A DNA stretch of 61,239 nucleotides, counting the filler, from Sluysia triapertura (lineage: Eukaryota): assembly GCA_046118255.1 (NCBI GenBank). It is 4 parts of 4 records of this genome, joined end to end, with 100 filler letters (N's around TTAATTAATTAA, not from the genome) between each part and the next. Parts side by side here need not be neighbours in the genome. Positions count along the whole stretch, not along the records: positions 38,925 to 49,980 come from JBJNIA010189541.1; positions 50,081 to 61,239 come from JBJNIA010188122.1; 2 more parts are not named here. One strand, 5' to 3'. Within the stretch, counting starts at the first letter, position 1; each line of letters starts with the position of its first letter. This document shows positions 39,911 to 52,929 of the stretch, one piece after another. The position numbers and the translations under genes are program-made. The notes beneath the pieces are model-generated. The model saw only the letters and a program-made list of their open reading frames with translations. It made no database searches and had not been told where the DNA came from.

Positions 39911-41539
39911 TTTTTTTAATTCAGACTTATTTCATACAAGTTTTTAATTAATTAACTGTCAAGTAACTTTTGTTAGTTTTCCTACTTCAAATTTTAGTTC
40001 AGGGTTGTCAGATTTTTTGCGTTTAAAAATTATGAAGTTTGATGAATAGTGCTTTTCGTCTCATACGATATGCATTATGTATTATTATTCATTTATCATT
40101 AATTCATTATTCTGAATTCTGAAATAATAATTTTTATTGACTACAAAAAATTTAATCGATATTGGCAATCAAAGAATAAAATAGCGGACAACTTACATGT
40201 TAGTAGTTTATCAAGAGAATATATCACAACTGATGTTATTCCAAGTAAATCATGAGGCATTATATATAGCAATGATAATAAACCTAAGTTGTCATTCCTC
40301 AATTTAGTAAGCAATAATGACTGATTAAATATCAAATGTCAACAATTACCATTAAAGGAAGTAAATCCCATTATGGTTGATAAATGTCTTTTAAAATATT
40401 TCTTCGGACAAATACTTAAAGTTGTTTTTAGTAGTTAAGTACAATGTGTAATTGTTATTGACGTTTTTTGTAGTTTAGGTTTTCATAATATTGGTTTAGA
40501 ACTTTGTTTTTGTTTTACTTGGAATTACCGCTCCAACTGACAGGAGTATATATAAATTAGCTTATATATAAATATTAGCTTATTTATTATTTCATTTGAT
40601 GCCTTATTTTAAGAAAACTTTATTGTATAGAAGATTAATTAAGTTTCTGTTTTTTTGAATTAAAATATTTCCAAATATAATTTAATTTAAAGCGAAGTGA
40701 AATGAAGCACACATAATGGCGTAATATCTAAAAACTTAAATTAAAATGAGGCCCAAACCTTTAAAAATGTAAAAATAATTGTGGAGCCTATTCCCAATAG
40801 TGCAATTTAAAAATAAAATCTTCATTTCATTTTGAAGTCGAATTTCCTTCAGAAATATGGTAGCGTTAAAAGACATTTTTGTCAAAATAGATGTACAAAA
40901 AGCTGTTGTAGAAATAATGTTAAAATCAGAAATTAAAATATTAAGTCAAGGCTTTTAAAAATATTTGGTAAGATCATTTTAATGTTTTGTTTAAATGGAT
41001 GAAATAAATTAACAATGACAAATGAAATTAATATTTCGTTTCTTGCGCTACATAATATACTTTACTAATTTTTACTAAATTTTTATTATTAATAATTTTT
41101 AGTATTAATAATTTTACTGGTTGGTTAGTTTTTAAAAACTCATACTCTCATGACCTCATTAGTTGTGAACATCCTATCGATAAAGAAAACGGAATTGACA
41201 CTCGTCAAAAATTATTCTATTTTGAAATGTAACTAAGCAAAGCAAATTTATAGCTCTTAAAAGCATGGTCCAAATCTTAATTAAAAATAAAGGAAAAATC
41301 ATAAAATACTTCTAATTGTAAATTTTCAATAAATTAAATTAAATACAACATCATATAAAGGTTGCATTGTACACACCTTTATATGTAAAATGTATGTACA
41401 CATGAAAAATATAATTATATTTAAGTATTATTAAGATGCATAAACATTTATTTACAAAATGGTTAATTCTCGAAATTTTGTTTCAATAATTACAAAAAAT
41501 ATTCCTACAATTTAGTTTCTTTTAAATAAGAAATGTTTA

Positions 41540-41975
41540 CTTTTGCTTCTTCCATCAAATTACGAACAATTGGTATATATTGTGAATTTTGGTTTTGAGA
41601 ATTTGCCCGTGATTGTTCATTATTATTCACATTTAATGGGAAACTATCTTTTAAATGATTAGATTTGTGAAGAGTTAAAAAATAATCCGTTATCTTGTTA
41701 TCTTCATCGGTTAACATAGGAATAATCACCTGGAAATCATTTACATAGTTTAATTCAGCATAACTTAACATTTCAAACATTAAATGTAAATATTTTTCAT
41801 AAACTATTTTATGGATATAAAGACGTTCTCAAATAGTAACGAAAGTAAAGGTATTTTATATCAGTTTTAAATAAATGCTGCAAATTGCTTGTTTCTTTTA
41901 TTTTATCCTTTAAAAATAGGTTTGTTTCATGAAAACTTTTGATATTTTTTTATGAATTTCCACACGATCCAAAGC
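41540..41975 (-). pseudogene. Exon-like coding fragment of an unknown gene (disrupted)
   Basis: Open frame ERLYIHKIVYEKYLHLMFEMLSYAELNYV...RNLMEEAK ending at a GTAAAC donor. The upstream part has a stop and frameshifts. Confidence 0.4.
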
Positions 41976-42682
41976 TAAAAATAATTTATTTATTAAAATA
42001 ACAAAAGAATGTTACCATTAAATTTAACAATATAAAAATTCACATTTCATAGAAGTTTAGCAAAATTAAAAAACAAATTACTCAAATACCAAAAATGATA
42101 AAATTTGATGATTCAATAAGGAAACCAAGCCAACAGAATTGCTTCGCTCAGAATCATTTTCGCGCATACGAACCATTTCGTGTAACAAATTCTATGTGGT
42201 TGTGGTTCCACAGGCTTCAGCACCTTCACAGAATTATCCCAAATCTAATAACATTCCTACTCACTTATTACACTTCCTCAATTAGATGAAATATTACGCT
42301 CACATAAGATTCTTGATGAATCTTCAGAATCTACAAATTCAATTGGAGCAGCTTAATTGTGCTTTAGGTAATACGAGATTTAAAGAAATAAAACATATTC
42401 GGTTGCTTGTTGATGAAAATCTTACTTTTTTATCAAGCATTCTAAGTGCTCTATTTAAAATTCAATTACGTGCACCAATAGTTCATGGCGCAAGCATTTG
42501 GATTATCTGAAAATTATAGTAATGGATGAAAGAAAATATTCACAAATTCATCAAAACAATCTGATACTAAACTTTAATTCATAATATACATAACCATGTA
42601 TTACTGTATTACCCTTTCATTGCTAATTATCTATCCATTACTAATTTTAAAAAATTTTGAAATTATGTGATTGGAAAAACTC

Positions 42683-43740
42683 ATGCCAGGGGTCCAAACT
42701 CCTACAAAACAAGTATTTAACAAGCGTAATTATATTCAGATATCTTCCAAATCCAACAATATGAAACAGAAGTTTGAGTTTGCTAGTTATCCAAATAAAG
42801 TATGTGAATCGCGACAAGATATCGAGAATGATCTCAGTCACGATAAAGCTAAAATAAAGAAGTCTTACATTGTACATTGCAAAAGAATGAGTTCAAGAAA
42901 TAAACGTTAGTCATATTTTATCACCTTTAAATGATTATATGTCGAATCGAAGTTGTAGGCTTTAAATTAATATCGAATCGTGATGTTTTTCTGTGTTACA
43001 GATTTATTCCTTATTGTTCATCAGAAATTTTTCCTGCAATTTTCTATTATGAAAGTACTGATTTAACCTTGTCAGATGAACTTATTACGTCAAATGGTTT
43101 AGAATCTGTTTGGATTACATTTACAGTTCTGATACTGAAGGAAGTGGCCTAGAGCTTGAAGCGGTAGGTGATTATTTTCAACTATTACAATTTAAATTTC
43201 AGATTAGTGATCTTATGGCCAGCAATGTTGAAAAAAAATGCTTGGAAATTTTCAAATTACCACACCATAGAATGATAAAATGTTCCAAGTAAGTTGCATT
43301 AATGATCATTTTTCAATCATTGATTTTAATAATTCTTTACTTAGAGAGTGTTGAAGTTTGCGAATGTAAACTACCTCCATTTACACGTGTTCAATCAATA
43401 TAGGCTAAAGCGGCCTCAGACAGCATTGATAATCTAAAACCTTGAACGGTCCTAACTTTCATGTCCAATATACTATAAACAGCCTTGAATGTTTCCAAGT
43501 TTCAAATGTTAGTATGTATTAGATTTATGTTATTAATCATAAATTTAAGATCTGTAGTAAAACCTGTGTCTCTGGTGTAACTTGTTTGTACATCGTCTTT
43601 AAAATTAATAAGTCCTCATATCAATCTATTCATTAAAGTCGATTGATCTAGTGCATGTAAATAGGTTAGAAAAATTATTGCAGAGATCTACGAGGAAGAT
43701 AGCGATGCTCGTCAATCAAGGCACAATGAATCCTGATTAA
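42683..43740 (+). pseudogene. Multi-exon unknown gene with micro-introns (disrupted)
   Basis: Series of GT-AG introns of 39, 56, 42 and 27 nt (e.g. GTAAATAGGTTAGAAAAATTATTGCAG) separating coding-like exons. Later exons have in-frame stops. Confidence 0.45.
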
Positions 43741-43879
43741 AATTTACTGAACATTACGACTTAGTTGAAATTAATGATTTTAATTTAAAGATAAAGTCTT
43801 TTTTTAGTTTTTACTGACCTTAAGTCAGTCTTCTGTTTTCAAGTGACCGAAGCACTATTTCCAATTAGTTAATAACATA

Positions 43880-43939
<60 letters not shown>

Positions 43940-44074
43940 TAGTGCAAAGTTATGTAACGTAAATAGATATTATTGTTAAATTTAATAAATAAATCAGAAT
44001 ATTTAATATTTAAACCCCTAAACTGCTACTATTATATTATTATTTTAAGAAAATCATTGCAATTTGTTATCGAC

Positions 44075-44670
44075 CTGCACATGTGACAAATATTCTGCTC
44101 TAAATGGAGATGCACCTTTTTACTTCAAATTCAATAATATTCTCTTACAGAATAATGAAAATTTAATTTTTACTATTTGCTAAAGAACGGGACCATTTAT
44201 AACGCGCATTAGTTTATATTTAAATATCTATATAATCAGAAATACATTAAATAAACAATTTAAATTATAAGCAATTTAAATTAGAAATTATTAATTAATT
44301 AGATTTAATTCCAAAAAATGATAAAAATAACATTTATATAACAATATTTTTTCATAAACTAACTTCAGAATTTCCAATACGAACAGACATTGGTATCACA
44401 TGCCAATTATGATCTTTAATATGCATATCTCGTTCAACATGTTTCAACGAATAACCACTTGACTTAACATCAATTTTAGGATCAAGAAAAATAAATTTTT
44501 TCTGAATATTTTCTGTGTGTTCATTTGACATAGACAATAGTTGAAAATCGTTTGATAATTTTTCATAAGTCACTTTCGGATTTGTTGGATTATTATTTTT
44601 CACTGTACAAAAATAAGTCGAATTTTAATTATATATACAAATGAGTGTGAAATTTTTTGTTGATAACACT
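44075..44670 (-). pseudogene. Exons of a possible ASH/Ig-like-fold ciliary protein (HYDIN/CFAP-like)
   Basis: Spliced reading INKNFTLILKNNNPTNPKVTY...HNWHVIPMSVRIGNSE|RILLNLK*KGASPFRAEY with canonical splice sites (exons 44364-44602 and 44075-44143). The family call rests on a weak 'FTL.N' and 'W.V.P' pattern. Confidence 0.3.
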
Positions 44671-46198
44671 GGAAAAAATTGTTCAAACATGTTAAAATCA
44701 AATTAATTGAGCTGAATTTTAATTTTCTTTCCAGGTACTTTATTGTAATAAGATCCTAAATGTGAAACTGATTTGTTTGGCATTTAAAAATCATTTAAAC
44801 ATAAATTAATAAATCAAATCAATGTTTTCAAATAGATAAAATTATAAAAGCAACACAATAAGTTTCTAATTTCTATAAGAAATTAAATTATAATTTTAAG
44901 AAATATCACCAAATGTTTATTAAATTAACACTTAAACCATATTTCATCCTATGCAAAAAAGTTAAATACGAAAGTTGAAAATGCAAGATATAAGTTACAA
45001 AGAAAATGAAAATGAATAAAATTATTTTGTAATATCCAAACATTACGTTAATTAAAATGGGTAGATTCATATAAAAAATGTAACACAAAACTAATGAATG
45101 TTTCACTAATAAGTATTTTAATTTCTACATTTTAAAATTAGCGATTTAACAAAGTACAAATTATTTTAAAAAGTAATTTCCTTAGATACTTTGTTTACCG
45201 GAAAACTAAGATTATATTAAAACTTCCCTTTTATTCTAACAAAGCAGTATAGGCCAAACAAAATCAATATTAGCAATTTATTTTAAATATTAACTACAAA
45301 TTAAATTTGCATGATGCATAAAATAATGAGTCAGTTTGACATTAAACTCAAACTCTTCACAAATTCAACAAGTATACTGATCCAACAAAACAAAAATAGA
45401 TGTAATAATTTATAAAACTTTAATATGCAATATATTGTTAATATTTTTTATTTTGCATTTAAAAATTATGCTAACGCAAACTTCTGATAGTAAACCTCAG
45501 CCTTAATAATTCGTAATCTCCAACGAATGTCACTAGGTCATATAAAGTGATAGAATGAATTTATTAAATGTATTAAATCTTTCCGTATAGGCCACACTTC
45601 TAAAATTAGCTAAATTCCCTAAAAATACTCCTAACCATCAAAAGATTAGAAAACAATTTTCAAATAAATTGTTCTAAAACAGATTTAGAAGCTAATAATA
45701 GAAGCAAGTTTGGAGAGAACATATTCAAATAGTTTTAAAATATATCAAAAATAATGCTAAAAATGTCGATCGATCAAATAAAAACTGCATTAGTTACTTT
45801 ATGACAAGAACTATAGAATATATATTAATCAGAACTTTTACACAAATTAAGCTCTCAAATGGTTCATGAATCGTGATATAAAAAATATTCCAAGGTGGCC
45901 TATCTAAATCTAAAGTACCAAATATTTTAATATGGAGTCTGAATAGTATAAGATATTTAGTAAAATAATGAAAATGAGTATTTAACTTCTACTTTAGTAC
46001 CATTACATTCTGAAGAAAATTTAATTATTTATTACTTTTTATGTATTAAATAAATGTATAATTTAAAATCTCAATAAAACAACTAAAATATTTTAAGTAT
46101 CTTCAAAATTTCTTTTAAAAAATGCTCTTAAATTGAGAAATAAAGAAAATCAGAACTTGGAGTGCAACTCTCCACACTTAATTAGAAAACAGAGATGG

Positions 46199-46811
46199 TT
46201 AACTTTTGAGTCCTATGAACTTATCATAATACGTTACTTGTTGCATTGAGCTGCTTCGTACTGAAAGGACTAAGAATAAAACAGTTAATAAGAATTAAAA
46301 AATAATTTTATAAATTTTAGAGCAAAACTTAATGAAAAATGAAATGTAATCGTAATAATTAAAATACAAGATTTAAATTTCTTACTACTTGAGTAAAATT
46401 TAAGTTAAAATTTAATTTATAATTTATTACAATTACATTTACTGCTTATAATGAAATTGAAATTTTAATTATCATTATGCGAAATAAGAATTATATACAT
46501 ATAAAATTGTATCTCTTACTCGGTGTTCTTTTTTTACGATCACGATCTCTGTTCAAATTACCAGATCTGTTGCAATCGTAGCACTTCTTTGTTGATATAT
46601 AGTTACTTGGAAATAAATAATACGGTTCAAATAACTCTTTAGACACTTTCTCATCTCGTCTACAATAGTTACAAAATTATATAAATTGAACCAAAGAATT
46701 CCAATATAAAAATTAACTTTATTTTATTTTTAATAAAATTTAATAATATTGTGACTGTGCACTTTAAATATTTAACAGTAAGGAGTCAAATTAAAAATGA
46801 CTAATAATAAT

Positions 46812-46876
<65 letters not shown>

Positions 46877-49800
46877 TATCTTAAACAAAATTTAAAATAA
46901 TTATTTTATTTTATTTGAAGGTCACATTACATTTTTGCACTATTTTTTAGTTTAAAATTTTTTTGAAGAGCACTGAAGTACGAAAATTTTGTTATAGTTG
47001 CACTGGAGATGCTGTTTCATATCGAGTTAAAATGCAACTTTATGCCAACGGACGGTTTTTAAGTTAGATCTTGCGTGACAAGTACCAGCTATTTCAATCA
47101 TATAAGTGATTGAGTACAGAAATGTCAAAGTTCCCTCATTTATTACCAGTGTCCTTAAGATCTGCACTTGCTCGAAGCCTGAAACACAATTATTACAATG
47201 TTGAAGTAATTTGAAAATTATTGGTGGCAATTTTTATACACAAAATGTCGTTGAAAAGGATTTATAGTAGCGGTTTAATTTTGTAGCTATTAAAATACCA
47301 GTGATAAATATTATGTTAGAGATGAAATAACAGTGGTTCATAATTGTTTAGTTCCTTGTTTGCGTGATGCAGTTAAAACATTGGATCAACTAGGTTAAGT
47401 TTTTCTCAATAAAAATGATGAAATTCCGTTAAAAGAATTTTAAATCAGAATATGCAAAAATTCAATATATTCGTCTGAGTTATACCAATGTGCTTCATAT
47501 AACTTTTATAGTTTTTACAAGCTATGAATTTAAATTCGAATATATTAATAAACATACAGGTTTTATTTGTCATTTAATTTTGGGTGTCTTTGAATAAATT
47601 AATCTTTAGACCTACTTAAAAATACTTAAATATTTTTGAAACTGCTGGAATTTTATATAATGACGAGGATATTCTTAAATGACATGAAATCAATGGCACT
47701 GAAAGAAATGGAAATATCACTTTTAAGAAATAACTTAAACCGCAGCGAATTTCAAGTTCAGCAAGTTACTCTATTAAAAAAGTGCTATATAAAGAAATAT
47801 TTTCACAGATTACTATACCAACTTTTATTCATATTTTTCAGATTCGTAGAGATCACGACATGAGTGTCAAAATTCATAATTTACGTCATTTCTCGAATAC
47901 CAATCGCTACCACCAGCATCTCCCCTTAATTTTGATCGTCATGAATAGAAATTGCGCCTACTAATTTATAAAAGCTGTTAATAAGTGATATCCGATAGTA
48001 GTCTGGAACAAATACTGAATAATATCTATATTTTTTGAAATAAAACGTGAAAAATAATTGGATTTAATTATCAGATAAATATTTATATCAAATTTTTTTA
48101 TAATTTATTCAAAAATTCGATTAAATATTTCATTTCCTGATATTTTTATTTTTGCTTCACGAATTAATTATTTTTAAAGTCATAAACTGCTTGTTTAATA
48201 TTTAAATCTGGTTATTCTTTGTAATTTATCATCTCTAACACTATTTATGAAAATAATTTTTAAATTAAGAAAAATGTCAATTTTAAATCTTATTTCTTTA
48301 ACACAAAAAATTGTATAAACTTAATTACAGTTTTTACAATTTTATAATTAAATTAATACTACGGCTCATTTATACCTTAACTTGGTAAAATATATTTAAT
48401 TAAAAAAATACACTCCATTTTATAAAGCATTGAAAACTTACAAGTACAATATGTTGCTGTGTGTTTTCAGTACATGATAAAAGCAATACAAAATATATCG
48501 ACATTCTAAATATAAAATAAAGTAATAATTTATTTCTTACTATCCAATGATAACCATCCGCTTAAGTTGTGACTCAGATCAAATGGATCTAAATTATAAA
48601 AGTTATAATATACTATATTAAATTATATTATATTGTGTAATAGAGTAATTAAAAGTGTAGTACAAATAAGTAATAGTTTATTCGTGTTTTATATATTAAA
48701 TAGTATTGATAATTTATAATAGAAATTGTGTTTGTATAAGCATCAAAAATAGGGGGTGTCCTATATATTATACGGCCTATTTGTTTCCATTGCTTTTTAT
48801 AATTATTATCAAAATAAGTGGATATCGCATGCCTTGATCTGTTTAACTTTTGGCAACATTTGTATTAATTTTCCGTTTTTTAGAATATGCACCAATCTTT
48901 CCATTTTCGTATTCACTAAGTTTAAATCCACGCGCCATTATATGGCAAATATTAAAACAATATAAATATAATGGAGAGTCCTAATATAATATGGTATGCT
49001 TAAAAATATAAGTTGAAAATCACAATAATTAATTCATAGATTTCGGGATGTGCAGATTGAAAATTCTTTGTCATAAATTAGACTTGATTCACTTTTTCCT
49101 CTTATCAATTCAAGGCAATGTTTCTCCGCATTGTGAGTATTGTGTCATCAATAAAATTTCAAAATTACCAAAAACAAACAATTATTAACGCTTTTTAAAT
49201 ATGTGCGAAATTAACTGAATTCGAGTATTCTATAAGCCACTTAGATGGAGTGTTTTAATTTTACACAATTTTATTTTTTCACAATTATCAGATTGAAAAT
49301 ACGGTAAAGGCAATTTAATAGTATAATTGGATAGGCTATCTTTTTTTAAGTTTTTCACGAATATGGTAAAATAGACGATTATTATAAGTTTTAGAGTATA
49401 AAATTATTAAATGTTAATATTGTTTAATATTTAAATTTAAATTACCTTCAATGGCCAAATACGACGCCTGCCAGTTTTTGTCAATTTTGTACAAAGGTTT
49501 CGACTGTCGCATACAAACAACTTCATCATTGATATTGAATTCAGAAGAGTAATAATTAAAAAAATCAAGCCATAAACTACCTATATTCATTTCTTTTGGA
49601 TTCCACTTGGTATTCTATAAAATAATAATAATAATGATAATAATAATAATAAAGCAATGTTTTAAAAAACTAACGATGATATTTTTATCAGTTTGATACC
49701 ACACATTCCAACCATCAATTATTTCTATTGGTTTTCCAGATTCATAAAACTAATAAAAAGTTCGTTTAAAATAAATAAAATATTTAAGATAAACATAAAT

Positions 49801-49980
49801 TTGTTAAATTAAAATTATTTTAATTGATTTCAAAAATATTCACATTAGAAATCTTAATTTCGAAAATTTATAAACATAATTACTGAAGATAGTCTAACCT
49901 CCTGTAACACTGGAAGATATCCTCTTTTTTGTAAATAATGAATCAACATGATAATATATGCATAAGACGACAGTGTACCT
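46199..49980 (-). CDS. TUT4/TUT7: Terminal uridylyltransferase TUT4/TUT7 (ZCCHC11/ZCCHC6)-like, 3' seven exons
   Basis: Phase-consistent GT-AG exons 49899-49980, 49675-49749, 49446-49614, 48541-48588, 48442-48505, 46520-46659 and 46199-46269. They give GTLSSYAYIIMLIHYLQ..LPVLQE|..IIDGWNVWY..|..IGSLWLDFFNYYSSEF..VVCMRQ..KNWQASYLAIE|DPFDLSHNL..|..CYDCNRSGNL. These match the Cid1/PAP-associated domain of TUT4/7. The last exon is least certain. The 5' part is lost in the gap. Confidence 0.92.
48745..48995 (-). mobile_element. Tc3-like transposase N-terminal HTH fragment inside a TUT intron
   Basis: ATG at 48938 gives MARGFKLSEYENGKIGAYSK...LNRSRHAISTY (compare Tc3 MPRGSALS..E...SRSRHCI). A TATAGGACACCCCCTA motif resembles the Tc3 TIR binding site. 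Confidence 0.7.
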
Positions 49981-50080
49981 NNNNNNNNNNNNNNNNNNNN
50001 NNNNNNNNNNNNNNNNNNNNNNNNTTAATTAATTAANNNNNNNNNNNNNNNNNNNNNNNNNNNNNNNNNNNNNNNNNNNN

Positions 50081-50199
50081 TTGACTATAATAAAATAAAA
50101 TTGTTAGATGGGGCTGATAGCTCAGTGGTAGAGCATCGAACTGCGCAGTTAGAGGTCCCAGATTCGATTCCCGGTCAGTCCATTTTACGAAGTCTAACA
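50081..50199 (+). mobile_element. tRNA-carrying short element, copy 2 (5' end cut by gap)
   Basis: AATTGTTAGA-[tRNA-like 50111-50182]-TTTTACGAAGTCTAACAATT. Confidence 0.85.
50111..50182 (+). tRNA. tRNA-Ala-like gene/pseudogene with palindromic anticodon arm
   Basis: 72 nt. Acceptor GGGCTGA/TCAGTCC with G3:U70 and A73, D-arm GCTC/GAGC, TTCGA loop, TTTT terminator. The anticodon arm is the near-palindrome TCGAACTGCGCAGTTAGA. Confidence 0.6.
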
Positions 50200-52562
50200 A
50201 TTGTATAAAACTCAATCATGTTTTATTATATATTATTATTTATATTTTATATTTATATTTTATGTGTTATGAATTTTGTAAAAAATTAAAATATTGTTAA
50301 AAATTATATAAATTATTCTCATTTAAAAATTATGATAAAAAATTATAATTAAAAATAAAGGAACATACTAGAAATAATTTGTTTTTATTAATCAAAAAAT
50401 TTAATGTCTTTGTGGCAAGAATTAATATATAAACGGAGACATCACAAAAATAAAGTCAGCAAAAAATTACAAGTATACACAACAATTTGATATCAGGATA
50501 CAGCAACAACATTCTATCGATTTGGCCAACAATTCATGTTTAAAATTCAAGTAGTAAGTCTAATTTTTATAGGTGAATTCGAATGGAGCCATAAAATCCT
50601 ATTTCCTTTGGTCCTTAAGATCAATGACAAAAGCATTTTAAATTAATAAAATTTTTTGGCCGAGCCTCTAGTAGACTAGGTCTTTCTAAAAGAAAAATAC
50701 ATTATTATTATTATTATTATTATCATTTTTTAATTATATTATTAGACTAATTATGTTTCGGATATTTTGTTTTGTTATTAATTGAATATTTTTTTAAAAT
50801 TATTGTCATCTTAATATTTTTAGTGCATTTAATAAATAATGGTATAGTCTTTATTTAATCATTTGAATTATTGAATAACTAAATAAAGAATTCAGAGTAT
50901 TGGATCATTTAGTTTGATAATTTTTAACAAGTTAACGTTTAACATAAAATAAGTGTATAATAAGACACATTAGATTACTAAAGATTTAGATAACATATCG
51001 ATAGTAAAGTTACTTGACAAAATAATTTTATTGAAGTTACTGACTGATAATCTACGCATTTTAACGAGTTGTAGCTGAAGATTTTCACTTTAATTAGCTA
51101 AAGTATCTACAGCCACGCCATTTGTAAGCCGTATATTGTAGACGAACTCTTTTATTCCATTTTGCTACTTAAGTAAGGTTAAGATATAAAAACCACAGCA
51201 ATTATCATTATTATTATATTAAAATTAAAGAATTAGAATGTTAATAATCGTTAGTTTTATCTTTTATTTAAATTAAATAATTAAATATTTTCTAGATAAT
51301 TAAAATATATAATGTTAAACCTAACAAATTATAAAAGGTACAAAAATATTTTTGAATAGTTAAAAATATATAATTAATTATAATAGAAGGCAAATTGTAA
51401 AATGTTCAGTGTAATAATAAAATAAACTCATAAATGTACAAAACTTACACTGACATGATAGTTTACGTTGGATTTTATAGCTTCCGTAAAGAATCGTCCT
51501 TAAAATGAATAACTTACAAAATCTTCTAATCAGTGATTGAATATTGTCTGGATACTATCAGGATCAGCACCAAAAAACTAGTTGGTCCGAGCCGTGACGA
51601 AAAATCTAATAATCTTGTGCCAAAATTCTAAAACTCACGAATTGCAGCTTGAATTAAATTAAAATTACAAATAACCATTCAATAGTTACTGAAACGTTTT
51701 TTATTATTTATATTCTAGTGTGCGTATCTATTAAAATTTTACTGATTGCTTGCAGATATTTAATATCAAATTTTCTTCTTTAGAGCATTCTTTTATTATT
51801 AATTAATTATAATAATTTTATGTAAAAATTCAAATAATAATTTTATTTGAAACATGTTTTATGAATTTAATACTTTAGTATTTTTAAACGTTGTACATTA
51901 ACTAAAACAATTACTCCAGCATCAAAATTAAAGTGTTTTAAGGAAAAATAATTTCTGTTAATAATTATGATTTAATTTTTAGTATATATAGCAAGAATTT
52001 TTTATTTCAGAATTTTGATAAACCGTTTGAATATAATTTAAAAAAAGAAAATCGTTCCAATTATGAAAATGAAAATAATAAAAATGTTGATTTTATTAAA
52101 ACTATTGTAGGAGCTACATAAGTATTATATATAAGAAATCATTAATTTTTAAATTAAGCTCAAATTTAACAATTGGTAAATGTGTTGGGATTGCGATGGG
52201 TGGAACATTATAACTATTGTTGGTGTTAGAATGATGAAGACGAAAACATTTATAGTAAAGTTAATACAGTGGAGTTCCAAAAACCTATATGAGATATTAT
52301 AAAGGTTTGAGAAAACCTTTCGAGGCATTTGGGTGCCTTTGAACTTGTGAACCTTGAGATCATCTCAAACTTCATTAACCTTTAAGAATCTTTGAGACCT
52401 TAATAAGCATTTAAGACCTTTGAGTAATGATATTTCGTGTGTTTTAAAGATTGAAATTATTATTATTTTGATTCTAATGATACAAAATTACAAAAGAAGT
52501 CTTCTAATTTCTTTTTCATAATTATGTTTTGAATACTGTTTTATATAATTATATAATTATAT

Positions 52563-52929
52563 TGTTGGGATTAGGATAAAGATTGATATAAGGGTCAAGA
52601 GTCAGGATAATAGAATAAAATAAATATCATTGAAGCAATAAACATCATAAAAGAATGAGAAATATGAAGAAAAATGAAGAAATAACCCTTTACAAGGTTT
52701 TATTTGTTAAAATATTAAAGTAAATTTGTTAATTAACTCAATTAAAATTTGTTTAATTTGATAACTCAATAAAACTGTTTGCTCATGATATAATGATATT
52801 AAATTTAGTGTATAATGTTGAGTTTTATTATTGGTTTTAATGCTGAAGTATTGCGAAGCACATCAACGTAAATAACGCAAAAATTAGTTATGTTAATTAG
52901 GTCTTGTAATTTAAAATTAAAGTTAACTA
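52563..52929 (+). mobile_element. Solo-LTR-like dispersed repeat, family B copy 2
   Basis: Begins TGTTGGG; homologous to 11768-12152. Confidence 0.7.

Noticed and set aside
11258-44122. In-frame TAA at plausible Tyr positions (11258 TMEM120, 30374 orphan ORF, 31745 gag, 44120), suggesting a reassigned stop codon
   Set aside because: TAA falls at a likely Gln position in the RT fragment, and TGA/TAG stops and frameshifts occur in the same fragments. TAY to TAA is a one-step change favoured by AT bias, and the intact TUT exons contain no internal TAA.
46520-46600. Degenerate CCHC as a retrotransposon gag remnant
   Set aside because: It lies in a splice-site-bounded exon that is phase-compatible with the TUT gene and at the expected knuckle position.
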